A stretch of DNA of 64,000 nucleotides from Flectonema sp. DT1601 (Eukaryota). The DNA lies in the NCBI GenBank assembly GCA_964019425.1, contig OZ025789.1:310001-374000 (forward strand), read 5' to 3'. The position numbers and the translations under genes are program-made. A model generated the notes under the pieces. The model was not told where the DNA came from and did not search any database. It saw nothing but the letters and a program-made list of their open reading frames with translations. Shown one piece after another: positions 37,297 through 50,848 of this stretch (the first letter of the stretch is position 1; every line of letters starts with the position of its first letter).

Positions 37297-38778
37297 CAGG
37301 GTGGAGGTGTTCACGATTTTTCACAATTTTTCACGATTTTTCACGATTTTTCACTTAATTTTTTGCTGTTTTCTGGTAAAGAGAAATAATAAATTTTCTT
37401 TTCTTTTGTTATCTGGATGAAGAAAATAGTGGGGTTACTGTACTAAGTGGGCAGCGGAAGTTCGTCACGTAAACGCAAAACTAAAAGGTGCCTAAGTGCA
37501 CACGAACGACCAGTGGAATGGCCAATCATAAAAAGTAACAGGAGAGGAATAAAAAGACGATGACATCACTCTGTGTCTGAATCATCACAGTCAGCTTCCC
37601 CGTCTGAAGCCCAGTCGAGCTCGTCAACATCGTCAGACCCAACAACGTTGGTGATGTCTTTGTTGATGAAAAGCTGAGTTCTCATCCCCAAAGACTGGGT
37701 CGTCAGGCGTTTCCGGCGCTTGTTTGACAGAATAAGTTCCATGTTACTGAAACCGCTGTCTACCCCGGTCACAACCGGTGTGATGCTCGTGATCGTGAGC
37801 GCGCTCTTTTTCAGAGCGGGGTACGCCTCGTCCGAGTTCTTCCAGAACGAGAAACAGGAACCGCTGACTGCCGTACTCACGTCCGTGTCAGTAACCCAGG
37901 TACGGTACTCGGTAGCGGATGATTCATCGAAAATAGTTGGAAATGCTGAGAGCAGCATTTCAACCGAGGAGTCAACGTTTCCCTTCTTGAGCCTCGCAAC
38001 TGCTGGGTGTAGGAGTCTCGCAGCAGTGTATATTGCTGCGTGGTCAGCCTCGTATGCCTGCTGCAGGGAACTGGCCAACTCAGGGCACTTCTCCTTCACC
38101 TTTGCGAGCACACCTGTCACACGGGAATGCAACATCTCAACGACTGACTTCCTGGTGAGATCTGCCACTTCATCGATGAAGTGTGCGATGGGCTCCAGAA
38201 TTTCCTTTGCCTGTGCTGCTTCGTTCCACACCGCATCCCGTCTGTCATTCGCAGCCTTCCTTGCTTCCACCGTGGCATCGACTCCTGGCGAGAATATCCG
38301 CAAGAGTCCCTTCACGCTCTCGCAGGTGGTGCTCCCGAATCGTTCAGATTCTTGCTGGACGAATCCAACAATGCTGTGTCTCTTGAGGCAGAGATGGCTG
38401 AGCAACCTGAATTGGCTCGTCCACCTTGTCCCGCCTGACGACACCATTGCAGCTGGTGGTTCAGGTTTTCCTGCACTTCCTTGCCCAGCAAGCCGCAGTT
38501 CTCCGATGACGGACCCGATGTGGCTCTGGGTTGGTTCCGGCTTGTCGACTCTCCTCAGGACATCTGCGTAACGTGTCCAGACCTCAGCCAGACCATCTTC
38601 TACTTCAGACTGCGAGAAAAGGTCGAAGCTTTCCCGCAGGGCAAGCAGAGCTTCGATGACATCGCTGTCATGCCCAACCTGCTCCTTCTCCGCTGTCTTC
38701 TTTTGGAAGGCAAGGTACCTTCCTTCTCGTGTCGGGGCGTTGAACATCATGTTCTTGCAAAACATGAGAACAAGGCTG
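37297..38778 (-). mobile_element. 3' half of a hAT-like DNA transposon (transposase C-terminal part 37566-38778)
   Basis: GC-rich ORF with TRWTS motif, LLHP, and dimerisation-like FWK...YPALKK.AL...P....VDSGFS...RRKRL; candidate end CAGGG at 37297 followed by four TCAC(G/A)ATTTT-like subterminal repeats; 5' half replaced by element X. Confidence 0.75.
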
Positions 38779-39945
38779 GTTTCGATAAAGTGGGAAGTAA
38801 CGGACTGGGAGCTTTTGGCTCCTGCCCTGATGTAAACTTTCTTTTTATTTTTATTTTTTTTAACAGGCCCAAAGGGCGACAATAACTGATGCTGACCAAG
38901 GAATAATATTCAAATGAATTTTCGTTTCAAAGAAACGAACAGAATTAAGAGAGAGGCAGAGAAAAAAAAAATATATATATATCAGTCATTCCTTTTTTTT
39001 GCGAACAAAAAACACCTTTTTCTCACCGCCTGAGCAAGGTTACACGATATGTTACTTTTGCTCGATTTTTTATTTTTTGGAATCGGGGAGGGTGCGATCT
39101 GTAAAATTAGGCATAGGGATATACTTTTAAACATGGTAAGTGCTGCTAAAAAGAGATAAACGTCTCTTTGCAAAATTTCCTTGGTACTACTCAATGATAA
39201 ATATTAATCCCAGACCTGGAATGGAAAGATCGAGAAAATCTGAGTAAAAAACACCCCTAATTTTTTTTTTTTTACTATTTTTTCCCCCTTCTCCCGCACT
39301 CAAGAGATATGCACCTTTTTACTAACAAATCAACCCTAGTAGCAATTATGTAAGGAAAATGTTGCATCTGTGGTGGTGATAATGATCATTAAGTATCAAA
39401 GTAGGTCCAAAAAGACAGGTAGTAACAATCTGCCTCACCGGCACATGCTTAGTACTCTTTAATATATTTTTGCTCGATTATTTTTTCTCTGGATCCCGCT
39501 GGGCCAGCAGTGTAAAATTAGACCCTTCGATTAATTTTTAGTTTTGGTACTTGTCCACGGCTGAGCTGATTTAGTAAACCGCAAAATCTCTTTTCTCAAT
39601 TCGGGAGACAAGTATGTGATGCCAACCTCCCGATTTCGGACGGAAATGAACCCAACGATGCAGCGCATTAAAATGCCGCTTCGATCGAAATTTTTACAAT
39701 TTTTTTTTGAAATTTTTTTTCAGTGTCCAGAATTTGTTCGCAAAAAAAAGGAATGACTGATATATAATATGAAGAGGAAATAATCAAACCTGAAAAAAAA
39801 AAAATAAATAATAAATAAACGTTATATGAAAAAGAAAAGAAGAAAAAAAAAAAAAAAAAAAAAAAGAAAAAAACCAGAAAAAGAAAGAGAAAATGAAAAG
39901 GTATAATATTTTTGTGGGGGTATGGGAGATAGCAGGGAGATGCTC
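38779..39945. repeat. Element X terminus, copy 1 (interrupted by a MITE)
   Basis: TTTCGATAAAGTGGGAAGTAACGGACTGGGAGCTTTTGGCTCC...GATAGCAGGGAGATGCTC, homologous to 46839, 58305 and inverted 48812-49205. Confidence 0.88.
38982..39760. mobile_element. MITE inserted in a (TA)n tract
   Basis: TIRs TCAGTCATTCCTTTTTTTTGCGAACAAA / TTTGTTCGCAAAAAAAAGGAATGACTGA with TA flanks; absent from the other X copies. Confidence 0.88.
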
Positions 39946-40004
39946 TTTTTTTTTTTTTTTTTTTTAAATTTTTTATAATTTTTTTTTTTTTTAAAAAAAG
40001 GAAA

Positions 40005-40295
40005 CAATCAGTTTAGCGTCTTGACCAGGACGGAAAATAGGAATTAATCGACATAGTCGATCGATAACAAAACAATGATAACATTGTTTATTCTTTTTAT
40101 TTATTTTTTAAAGAAAAAACCAGTTTAGCGTCTTGACCAGGACGGAAAATAGAAAGTAATCGACATAGTCGATCGATAAAATAAACAATGATAACATTGT
40201 TTATTCTTTTTTTTTTTTTTTAAAAAAAAAACAGTCAGCTTAGCGTCCTGACCAGGACGGAAAATAAAAAGTGATCGACATAGTCGATCGATAAA
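40005..40295. repeat. Short palindromic-unit array (about 3 units)
   Basis: Same unit as the 47-50 kb and 59-62 kb arrays. Confidence 0.88.
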
Positions 40296-40729
40296 AGTTA
40301 GTTAGAATATGAGTTTGTTATAAAAAAGTGCACTAAAATAAAATATAAAAAAGAAAAGTTATAAAAACACATTGTTCTGCTGTTCCATAATACAGTGTGG
40401 AATACGTAGTTTCAGGATGACTTCCGTACTGCACTGAATGACAACACGGAAAAAGAGATGTGTATGCAGCTAAGTTAGAAACATTTATTATAATGTAAAG
40501 TATTTACGTCAATCGCAGAGTGTATACCTACACTAACATTACCTTTGGTCATGTTAAATTATCGTTATGTTGTCTATGGTACAAAACATGTATTTTACGT
40601 ACAAACTCGAACAGTTAACCCCCCTGAACAGTTGTTTGTGTTTAATCTCTTTAACATTATAATTATAATTTAGTATCCATTTATTTATTCAGTCTTAATT
40701 ACACAATATGGACGATGATGGTCATTCCT

Positions 40730-41365
40730 TCATTTGTCTTGTTTAACTTCAGTTATATCCATTTTACTTTTTATTGTTTCCCATCTACTTTTTATTTTCT
40801 ATTTGTTCTGGTCAGAAACCCCTGGGCAGCAAGAAGGAAAGTAGTTAAGTACTTCTGGGTGTTTGGCATCACCCCCCATAGTGAGCAAGTACAACAGGTA
40901 GCATTGGTAGTCTGTTGATCCTGAGTGATCCCAGCTACAGTTTTGTTTTTCTTTCTTTTTTTTAGAAGAAGATCAGGACTTCCAAGCACTGCTGGATAGT
41001 TGCTGAATGCAGGGCCTGCCTGTGGCATTATAATAACAGGCTAAGTCATTTGTAGTTCATAGTTTACCTTTGATTTTATAACTTCACATAGGTACTATGA
41101 ACGATGAGAGATCCAGTGGGATCACTCAGGGTCTAGTAGAGACCACCAATGTTGTGCGTTGATAGGCAAGGTGACCAACCTTGACATTCTTTCTTTTCTC
41201 TCCTGTTGTGACAAACACAAAATACACACACAGCTTACAGTGTGTTCTTTGTGTATGTTTTCTTCAGGTGTGAGTAGTTTTTTTGTTCTTGCTCTTCAGG
41301 GAGGGCCTTAGCCAAAAGCTAACAGTCCAAATCTCACCTGGTAAATTCAACTCAGTCCTTGTCAG
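40730..41365. repeat. ~630-bp segment Y, direct near-identical copy at ~51145-51772
   Basis: Direct sequence comparison; a partial inverted, diverged copy lies at ~37060-37125. Confidence 0.9.
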
Positions 41366-42049
41366 TTTTGGCATCAAACCTGTAATGGTTTAATCATTAC
41401 AGGTTATTTACTGAAATATTTGTTCTAAAAGTTGCTAAGTATTTCTCACTTAGAAATTTTTTATTTTTTTATTTTCAGCTTAATTAGCTACAAATTGTTA
41501 CTACTAAGTGTTTCTCACTTAGATTTTTTTTTTGCTTTTCAGCTCCTTAAAAGCTGCTAAGTGTTTCTGCTAAGTGTTTCTCACTTAGAATCTTATTGTT
41601 ATGTTCGTTTTCTATCCCCTCTTCTATCCCTTTTGTTCAAAAAAAGCGATGAGAAATTTCTCTCATTCATGCTAAGATGCACTCTGAACTTTGATTTTTT
41701 GATCTGAGTGTGAGGGAATGACCTGTTAGTGCTTTTTGTTGAATTAGAGGTTTTCCCAAAAAAAAAAAAAAAAAAGAATAAACAATGTTATCATTGTTTT
41801 TTTCTATTGATCGACTATGTCGATTAATTTCTATTTTCCGTCCTGATCGCAAACCCGCAAACCCGCAAACCCATGATAACATTGTTTATTCTTTTTTTTT
41901 TTTTTTATATTCTTTTTATTTATTAAAAAAAGGGAAAACCCCTAATTCCACAAAAATAGTTTGCGAAATCGCCAACTCATCACAAAAAAAAAACGTCCCA
42001 CCCCGATATGAATAAAAAGAGGGAAAGAACTTTTTATTTATTTATAAAA

Positions 42050-44455
42050 TAAAAACTTTCTTTTATTTATTATTTATTTAGTCACATCCCCCCTGTCTTT
42101 CCACTTTATTTTTCTTCATTCTGAGCATTCTTGCCCTTCTTATTTTTTGATAGAGTAAACAAGTAAAAACAAGCGCAACTGTCCTGAGTCCGTTGGAGGA
42201 CTTCCCCGGATAGGAATCTCAAGACACAGTTAATATAAAGCGAAGGATCAGTACAGGGACGGTGGCCAAAGACCACTGGGTTACCTACGAGCCATGAAGC
42301 TCTGCGGATGTCCTCAGAGAAATTAGGAGATGATTAAGGAGTGTGATAAGGGAGAATGATACTAATGAATTAGCAACTACCAATCAGTTAACAGTTTGAT
42401 AAGCCTGTTCGTTGTTCCAAATGCCATAAGTAGCCGGCTAGGGCGTGAAGATTTCTCGTCGCAAACATTATTGAAAGATTTAGTTTGGTCTCGGAGATTC
42501 TCGCTTCCTGAATGTTTGATCTAATTGTTCCTTCTCTAATGCGGACCACGTCACCATCCTCGCAATCAAATATTAGATGTCTGGCAGTAGAGTCTGTTCT
42601 TTTGCAGAAGGGGCACTTTATCGGTAGTTCATTTACCCTGAGCAGGGGGTGAGAGCCCGTTCTGAACCTGGCTATCCTTATCTCTGATTCTCTCAGCATA
42701 TCCTTGGGGTATCGAGCCGCTCTCAGGCCTCCGGTAGCATCAAGATACTGCCTAAGCATCACCCGTTTGATCGGTGGTTTCGCCCTTGTTGAACCCTCCA
42801 TAATCTTACCAAACAGCTTTCTGTTAGCTTCCCTCGCTATCCTTGACTTGTGTGCGAAGAAGTCCATAGTCGTTGACACCGGCTTGCTCTTAACATCTTT
42901 TGAAATCTTTTTCGCCAGTTCATCTGCCTTGTCATGCGGTTCAATTCCCACGTGAGCTGGGATGAATTGAAGGTGTACGAATGAGTCTAATTTTCTTATC
43001 CCTTCTAGTATCGAGAGAGAGTTCAGCTTCCTCTGAGCCGCAATTCCACCACGCAGCTCATCCAGATTGGATTTAGAATCACTGAAGACTCTCGTGATTC
43101 CAGATCTGGGACCCAAGACAGAGGTTGCTTTTCCAAATTCACTTATTAACAGCTTCAGAGTTACCTGTTCAGCTTTATAACTACTTTCCGTTGCAACAAG
43201 TCTCGATGCCATGGTCCGTTCGCACGGCGTGATCTGCACTGCCGCTGTGCCTGCCGTGTAGTTGACAGGGTCGTGGGATCCGTCAACAAAAATGGACAAG
43301 GTACAAGGCCTAAGTTCGCTGCAGTACTCCTCGAACTTAGCCTTGTCCACTTCAGCAACACCAGTCTTCGAATGTCCATATCCGCAAGATATCTCCAGGT
43401 TCGGAACATCTATCCATGGCTCGATGCTGTCAGGCATGACAATCCCCTGTATCTCCATATTTCGGTCCTCGGCCGGTAAAGTTGAACTCCAAGTTCCACT
43501 AGCGATTCCCTTCGTAGAAGGAACCCAATCCAGTGACCGATACCTAAATAAGGCAATCCTGGCTTGCTTCTCAATCTGCAGTCTCATCGGGAGTATGTTC
43601 GCCTCCCACAGTAACGGAAGGGACCTTGTGTTGAAGCCGCAGCCGGTGATCTTTCTAGCTATCTTCCTCAGATTCAGGTCAATAGGTTTTAGCTGTTCAT
43701 CTGTCAAGAAAGGTCCATAGCTCTCAAGCCCATACAGAATCCTTGAGAGGATGTATAAGTTCTTGATCATGTTCAGCGTTTTGAAATCAAAGTTGAATTG
43801 CTCCAACTTTCGAAGCAGTACAAGTCCCTTCCTCGTCTCATCCATTAGTTTATCCACTTGTGTACCATATGTAAGGTCATCGTCAATATGGACACCCAAG
43901 TACTTAACACTATCAACCATCGGCATGAGTACGGCAGTCAGCAACTTCACCCAGGTCGGATCCGGACCCACTGGCATCAGTTCTAGAAGTTCACTTGCCT
44001 TCGTAACCTCCGTGTCACCCAGCTTGAGGATCATCGCCCCATTTCCAAGTAATGGCCTACCTTCTTCATTTGACCGAATCATCCCAGCCAGTTCCTCCCT
44101 ACTGATCCGAAAGAGGTTCTCTCCTGACGTTCTGGGGAATCCCAGTCTCCAATACATATTCCTAGGACAATCCACCGGCATCCCGCAGGTCTTCGAAACC
44201 GACAGTGCCATGTCATTATCTTTGCACCAACGATCTACTAACCCAAGGACTAATTGCGCCATCCGGTAAGTTACTTTAAAATCCTTATTCGAGACCACAC
44301 AAGCTGTGTCGTCTGCGTAGAGTGCTGAAACACATCCAGTCTTCTCAAGTTTCTTAGCCAGGTCGTCGACATATATCAGATAAAGGAGAGGTCCAACAAT
44401 CGACCCTTGCGGAACACCTTTCGTCACAGTTCTGTATGCGCTCAGATTGCCGAAA
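42050..44455 (-). mobile_element. 5'-truncated LINE with RT, RNase H and C-terminal Cys/His finger (Ingi/I-group-like); ORF 42388-44463
   Basis: GVPQGSIVGPLLYLIYVDDL, LYADD, KYLGV; RNase H motifs FVDGS, AE, FSDSKS, FIPAHVGI...ADELAK; CPFC...HLIFDC; A-rich (TAAA) tail near 42050-42080. Confidence 0.9.
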
Positions 44456-46395
44456 CCTCTCATGTCTTAAAGGAAAAGAAATACCTAAAGCTAAGAGACT
44501 CGATCATCGCTAATGGCTTCGACTGTAACATTTTTACTATTGAAGTTGGCGTACGAGGAAACATCTGCATGGACCAGCTGAACATCTGGACACGTCACAT
44601 CGGTTCACCTTTAGCACCAACAAAAGCTTTATTTTGTGAATGCACCAGAATCGCCAGACAGTGCTCATATGTTCTGTTCCAGACGAGGAACCTCCCCACG
44701 TGGCATTCAAGACCACTAATGCGCAGCATTAAAGAAGAACCTGCCACCGCAAGTTTTATAAAAGATGGTAAAGAAATCTTCCCTGTGGAAGAAGTCAAAA
44801 TCCACAAAGTAACAAAACTGAAAACGATCGAAAAGCTCACCATTGAAAGATCGTGGCTTGAGAAATGTTTTATCTGGCAAACTTGTTACGCATCGGCTCT
44901 TTCTATTCTACTCATTGCCAATGGTTCTTCTTCCTCCCCGGCCCCTTCTTTTTTGTTAGATGAGGATGAGCTCACTGGACTCTCCTTGTCATTCTCTTCT
45001 ATTTCTTCCATCTCTCTCCAGAATTCCCCACCTGAACTCATGTCAACGGGATCGCAAACACTTCCTGTTGATTTCGCTATAGTGATAAGAAGTCAATCTG
45101 ACATGGGTTCCCAAACCCCCTTGTACAATAAAAAAGAAGGAAGATTAAGGCTGAAACTTTCCTTGAAATGCCAGATTTTAGAAAACGAACTAGAACAAAT
45201 GAAAGAACGAATGTTTTATGTTTTATTTTTATTTTACTTTAATGCGATGTCAGCCTCCCTTGAGAATGACAAGCAGCTACTGAATGGATTGTCTATTGAG
45301 AACAAAACATCCAAACAACGGGCCGCCGAGAGTGTATCTCACAGCCCACTCCCTTTAAATCTATCCGCACCCCCATCTGTCTTTAACGTAGAAACGGAAC
45401 AGAAAAAACGTGAACTATTGGAAAAAGAGAATCAACACCTGATCGCTGAATGTGATTTAGTGAAAAGTTCTCTTCTCTCATTAGTTCAAAGAACTAACTC
45501 TCTGGAGGAAAAAAGGACGAGCGAGCTGGCGCGACAATCACAAAGAGCGGACCACGCTGAAATGTTTTATTTCAACTTACAACAAAGGTTCATTCTATTA
45601 AACAATGAATTAGAATCTAAGTGTAGGGATGAAACTGGAACAAAAATTCAACTCTATTTGTCTCAACAAGAGGTCGCAACATTGCGTGCTGGCCCTCAAC
45701 TGTCCCATTTTTCCCAACAATTTTCCCCAACACCCCCTTTTTTATTCGAATCAACGTCCACGGTAAAGAATTATCGACTCCCTCTCATCGCAACAACCTA
45801 TTACTCCTGGACTCCCAAACCCCGTCTTTCCTTTTTTTTTAAACCTCATTCTCCATTGATCACGTTCCCTTCTGAACTGTCTCAAAGTAGACTACTGGTA
45901 TCGTCTTCTGCTCAAACGGAACAAGAAAAAGACAGTGCGGCGACCTCATCGACGGAAGATTCACCTATTGCGAGGCAATGGTCCGAAGGTAGACTCGATT
46001 TACTGGACAACTACTGTCAAGCGGTAAGTGACTCTCTCCAGACAAATGAGAAAGTGGCGCTGCTCTCGGAAAAACTAGTGGAAGAGCAACGTCGATGCTC
46101 CGAGTTGAGCTATCAACAGAAGACTATCCATAAAGAACAACTGGATCATTCCATGTTGTTGATGGAGATGGCCAGTGAGCTCTCTGAGCAACTCTATTTG
46201 GCAAAAGACCAAAACAGAGCTCTCAAATTTCAGTTACAAACATGGGCAAATGGTTTTAACCCACCCGAAAAGGAAGCGCAAGAAGAAAATGAGACCCCAA
46301 AGCGTCCGAGGGAGCGCCTATCACAAAAAAAGCGAACTCCACCCTCAACGAATCCTCATGATCGCAGAAGAATCTTTTTAGATGACGATTGCTAA
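44456..46395 (+). CDS. 5'-truncated ORF: restriction-like endonuclease tail of an RLE non-LTR element fused to a long coiled-coil region
   Basis: KEKKYLKL...GF...FTIEVGVRG...CSYVLF...W matches the C-terminal part of R2/NeSL-type RLE domains; the frame stays open ~570 further codons with heptad-rich segments. Confidence 0.55.
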
Positions 46396-46700
46396 GTTCT
46401 AGTTTCTATTAGTATTAAATTATTTGTATTATTTTGTCGATATGTTTATGTCTGTCCGATCATAACGTCAATCAGATTAATTGTTAATTGTAATTGGTTT
46501 GAGCGCTTATCAAAAAAAAAAAAAAAGCGAACTCCAACCTCAACGAACTTTCATGATCGCAGAAGAATCTTTTTAGATGACGATTGCTAAGTTCTAGTTT
46601 CTATTAGTATTTATTTATTTGTATTATTTTGTCGATATGTTTATGTCCGTCAGATCATAACGTTAATCAGATTAATTGTCAACTGTTAATTGTAAATGGT
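46310..46700 (+). repeat. ~190-bp direct tandem duplication of the ORF 3' end
   Basis: GAGCGC.TATCA...GATCGCAGAAGAATCTTTTTAGATGACGATTGCTAAG...AATTGTAA occurs twice (~46310-46500 and ~46500-46700). Confidence 0.9.
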
Positions 46701-46838
46701 CTAAACCCCAATCCAAGTTCCCAAGGCTTGGCATAGATTTGAGTGACGCCTTACTGGCCTCCTCATCCTCTATGAGTGGTGAGGGGGCCAGCAATGGTTT
46801 TTTTTTTTTTTGTCTTATTTCTTTTTTTCTTTTTCTTT

Positions 46839-48244
46839 GAATTTCGATAAAGTGGGAAGTAACGGACTGGGAGCTTTTGGCTCCTGCCCTATTCCCGATG
46901 TAAACTTTCTTTTTATTTTTTATTTTTTTTAACAGGCCCAAAGGGCGACAATGATGGTTGCTGACCAAGGAATAATATTCAAATGAATTTTCGTTTCAAA
47001 GAAACGAACAGAATTAAGAGAGAGGCAGAGAAAAAAAAGAAAAAAAAGAAAGAAAAGAAAAAAGAAAAAAAATATGAAGAGGAAATAATCAAACATGAAA
47101 AAAAAAAAAAAAAAATATATAAATAAAAAAACGTTGTATGAAAAAGGAAAAAAAAAAATAAAGACCAGAAAAGGAAAGAGAAAATGAAAAGGTATAATAT
47201 TATTGTGGGGATATGAGGGATAGCAGGGAGATGCTCTTTTTTTTTTTTTTTTATTTTTTTTTTTTTTATTTATTATTTAAAAAAAAAGGAAACAATCAGT
47301 TTAGTGTCTCGATCAGGACGGAAAATAGAAATTAATCGACATAGTCGATCGATAGAAAAAAAAACAATGATAACATTGTTTATTCTTTTTTTTTTTTTTT
47401 TTTTTTTAAATCCTTTTAATTATTTTAAAGAAAAAACTTCCGTTTAGCGTCTTGACCAGGACAGAAAATAGAAAGTAATCGACATAGTCGATCGATAAAA
47501 AAAAAACAATGATAACATTGTTTATTCCTTTTTTTTTTTTTTTTTTTTTTTTTAACTTTTTATTTATTTCTTAAAGAAAAAACAATCAGTTTAGCGTCCT
47601 GACCAGGACGGAAAATAGAAAGTAATCGACATAGTCGATCGATAAAAAAAACAATGATAACATTGTTTATTCCTTTTTTTTTTTTTTTTTTTTTTTATCT
47701 TTTTATTTATTTTTTAAAGAAAAAACAATCAGTTTAGCGTCCTGACCAGGACGGAAAATAGAAATTAGTCGACAAAGTCGATCGATAAGAAACAATGATA
47801 ACATTGTTTATTCATTTTTTTTTTTTTTTTTTTTTATATTCTTTTTATTAATTTTTAAAAAAAAAAAAAAAAAATCAGTTTAGCGTCTTGACCAGGACGG
47901 AAAGTAGACAGTAATCGACAAAGTCGATCGATAAAAAAAACAATGATAACATTGTTTATTTCTTTTTTTTTTTTTTTTTTTTTATATCTTTTATTTATTT
48001 TTTAAAAGAATAAACAATCAGTTTAGCGTCTTGACCAGGACGGAAAATAGAAATTAGTCGACAAAGTCGATCGATAAGAAACAATGATAACATTGTTTAT
48101 TCATTTTTTTTTTTTTTTTTTTTATTCTTTTTATTTATTTTTTAAAGAAAAAAATAATCAGTTTAGCGTCTTGACCAGGACGGAAAATAGAAATTAGTCG
48201 ACAAAGTCGATCGATAAAAAAAAACAATGGTAACATTGTTTATT

Positions 48245-48277
<33 letters not shown>

Positions 48278-48982
48278 TCTTTTATTTATTTTTAAAGAAA
48301 AAACAATCAGTTTAGCGTCTTGACCAGGACGGAAAATAGAAATTAGTCGACAAAGTCGATCGATAAGAAACAATGATAACATTGTTTATTCTTTTTTTTT
48401 TATTTTTTTTTTTATATTCTTTTTATTTATTTTTTAAAGAAAAGAAAACGGAAAATAGAAATTAGTCGACAGAGTCGATCGATAAAAAAACAATGATAAC
48501 ATTGTTTATTCTTTTTTTTTTATTTTTTTTTTTATATTCTTTTTATTTATTTTTTAAAGAAAAGAAAACGGAAAATAGAAATTAGTCGACAGAGTCGATC
48601 GATAAAAAAACAATGATAACATTGTTTATTCTTTTTTTTTTTTTTTTTTTTTTATTCTTTTTATTTATTTTTAGAAAAACAATCAGTTTAGCGTCTTGAC
48701 CAGGACGGAAAATAGAAATTAATCATAGTCGATCGATAAAAAAAAACAATGATAACATTGTTTATTCCCTTTTTTTTTTTTTTTTTTTTTTTTTTATTCT
48801 TTTTAATTTATTCCCTCATATCCCCACAATAATATTATACCTTTTCATTTTCTCTTTCCTTTTCTGGTCTTTTTTTTTTTCTTTTTTTTCCTTTTTCATA
48901 CAACGTTTTTTATTTATATATATATATTTTTTCTTTTTTTTTTTTTTCATGTTTGATTATTTCCTCTTCATTTTTTTCTTTC

Positions 48983-49013
<31 letters not shown>

Positions 49014-49304
49014 CTCTGCCTCTCTCTTAATTCTGTTCGTTTCTTTGAAACGAAAATTCATTTGAATATTATTCCTTGGTCAGCAACCATCATTGTCGCC
49101 CTTTGGGCCTGTTAAAAAAAAATAAAAATAAAAAGAAAGTTTACATCGGGAATAGGGCAGGAGCCAAAAGCTCCCAGTCCGTTACTTCCCACTTTATCGA
49201 AATTCTTTTTAGAAAAAACAATCAGTTTAGCGTCTTGACCAGGACGGAAAATAGAAATTAGTCGACAAAGCCGATCGATAAAAACAATGATAACATTGTT
49301 TATT

Positions 49305-49338
<34 letters not shown>

Positions 49339-50845
49339 TTTTTTTTTAATTTATTTTTAAAGAAGAAACAATCAATTTAGCGTCTTGACCAGGACGGAAA
49401 ATAGAAAGTAATCGACATAGTCGATCGATAAAAAAACAATGATAACATTGTTTATTCTTTTTTTTTTTTTTTTTTTTAAATTCTTTTTTATTTATTTTTA
49501 AAGAAAAAAAAAAATAGAAATTAGTCGACAAGGTCGAACGATAAAAAAAAACAATGATAACATTGTTTAATCTTTTTTTTTTTATTTTTTTTTTATTTTT
49601 TTTTTATTTTTTTTTTTATATTCTTTTTTATTAATTTTGAAAAAAACAATCAGTTTAGCGTCTTGACCAGGACGGAAAATAGAAAGTAATCGACATAGTC
49701 GATCGATAAAAAAAACAATGATAACATTGTTTAATCTTTTTTTTTTATTTTTTTTTTTATATTCTTTTTTATTAATTTTGAAAAAAACAATCAGTTTAGC
49801 GTCTTGACCAGGACGGAAAATAGAAAGTAATCGACATAGTCGATCGATAAAAAAACAATGATAACATTGTTTATTCTTTTTTTTTTTTTTTTTAAATTCT
49901 TTTTATTTATTTTTTAAAGAAAAAAAAAAGAAAATAGAAATTAGTCGACAGAGTCGATCGATAAAAAAAACAATGATAACATTGTTTATTCTTTTTTTTT
50001 TTTTATTTTTTTTTTTTTTATATTCTTTTTTAATTTTGAAAAAAAAAAACAATCAGTTTAGCGTCTTGACCAGGACGGAAAATAGAAAGTGATCGACATA
50101 GTCGATCGATAAAAAAAAAAAAAAAAAAAATGATAACATTGTTTATTCTTTTTTTTTTTTTAAATTCTTTTTATTTATTTTTAAAGAAAAAAAACGGAAA
50201 ATAGAAATTAGTCGACAAAGTCGAACGATAGAAAAAATAATGATAACATTGTTTATTCTTTTTTTTTTTTATTTTTTTTTTTATATTCTTTTTTATTAAT
50301 TTTGAAAAAAAACAATCAGTTTAGCGTCTTGACCAGGACGGAAAATAGAAAGTAATCGACATAGTCGATCGATAAAAAAACAATGATAACATTGTTTAAT
50401 CTTTTTTTTTTTTTTTTTTAAATTCTTTTTATTTATTTTTTAAAGAAAAAAAACGGAAAATAGAAATTAGTCGACAGAGTCGATCGATAAAAAAAAACAA
50501 TGATAACATTGTTTGATCTTTTATAATTTTTTTTTTTATTTGTTTTATTTGTTTTTAAAAAAAAAAAAAACAAGCGGAATTGATCATAATGGGTGGTAGG
50601 GGTTGTTATAACTTCGTTTGAAAATTCTTCTTTTTTGATTTCTTTTTTTTTTTTTCTTTTTATAGGAGTTAAGATCACTTTCAGGAGACAACACATGAAC
50701 AAGAGCAGCAAGCAGAGTTGACACTATCAATTCAAATTTGAAATACCGGGAATTAATTTACAAGGAGGTATCTCAAGTGACTTGGTATCTCTAGCGTGTC
50801 GGTATCTCTGGAGTGCTGGTATCTCGTATGTGCGTTGGTATCTCA
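46839..50845. mobile_element. Element X copy 2: terminus, palindromic array (47290-50520) and right segment W, with an inverted X terminus inserted at 48812-49205
   Basis: Same order as 58305-62750; W begins CAAGCGGAATTGATCATAATGGGTG and ends in GGTATCTC short repeats. Confidence 0.75.
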
Positions 50846-50848
50846 TGA

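Noticed and set aside
37720..38571. 283-aa plus-strand ORF, and similar ORFs at 56996-57751 and 43751-44269
   Set aside because: Antisense shadows of GC-rich transposon ORFs with no recognisable motifs.
38779..38882. N-terminus of the 438-aa ORF (MSPFGPVKK...SHFIE)
   Set aside because: Derived from the non-coding X terminus; the in-frame fusion to the hAT remnant is probably fortuitous.
46839..49205. Self-contained foldback transposon with 370-bp TIRs
   Set aside because: The array continues in the same orientation beyond the inverted copy and no TSD is evident; better explained as an X end inserted into its own array.
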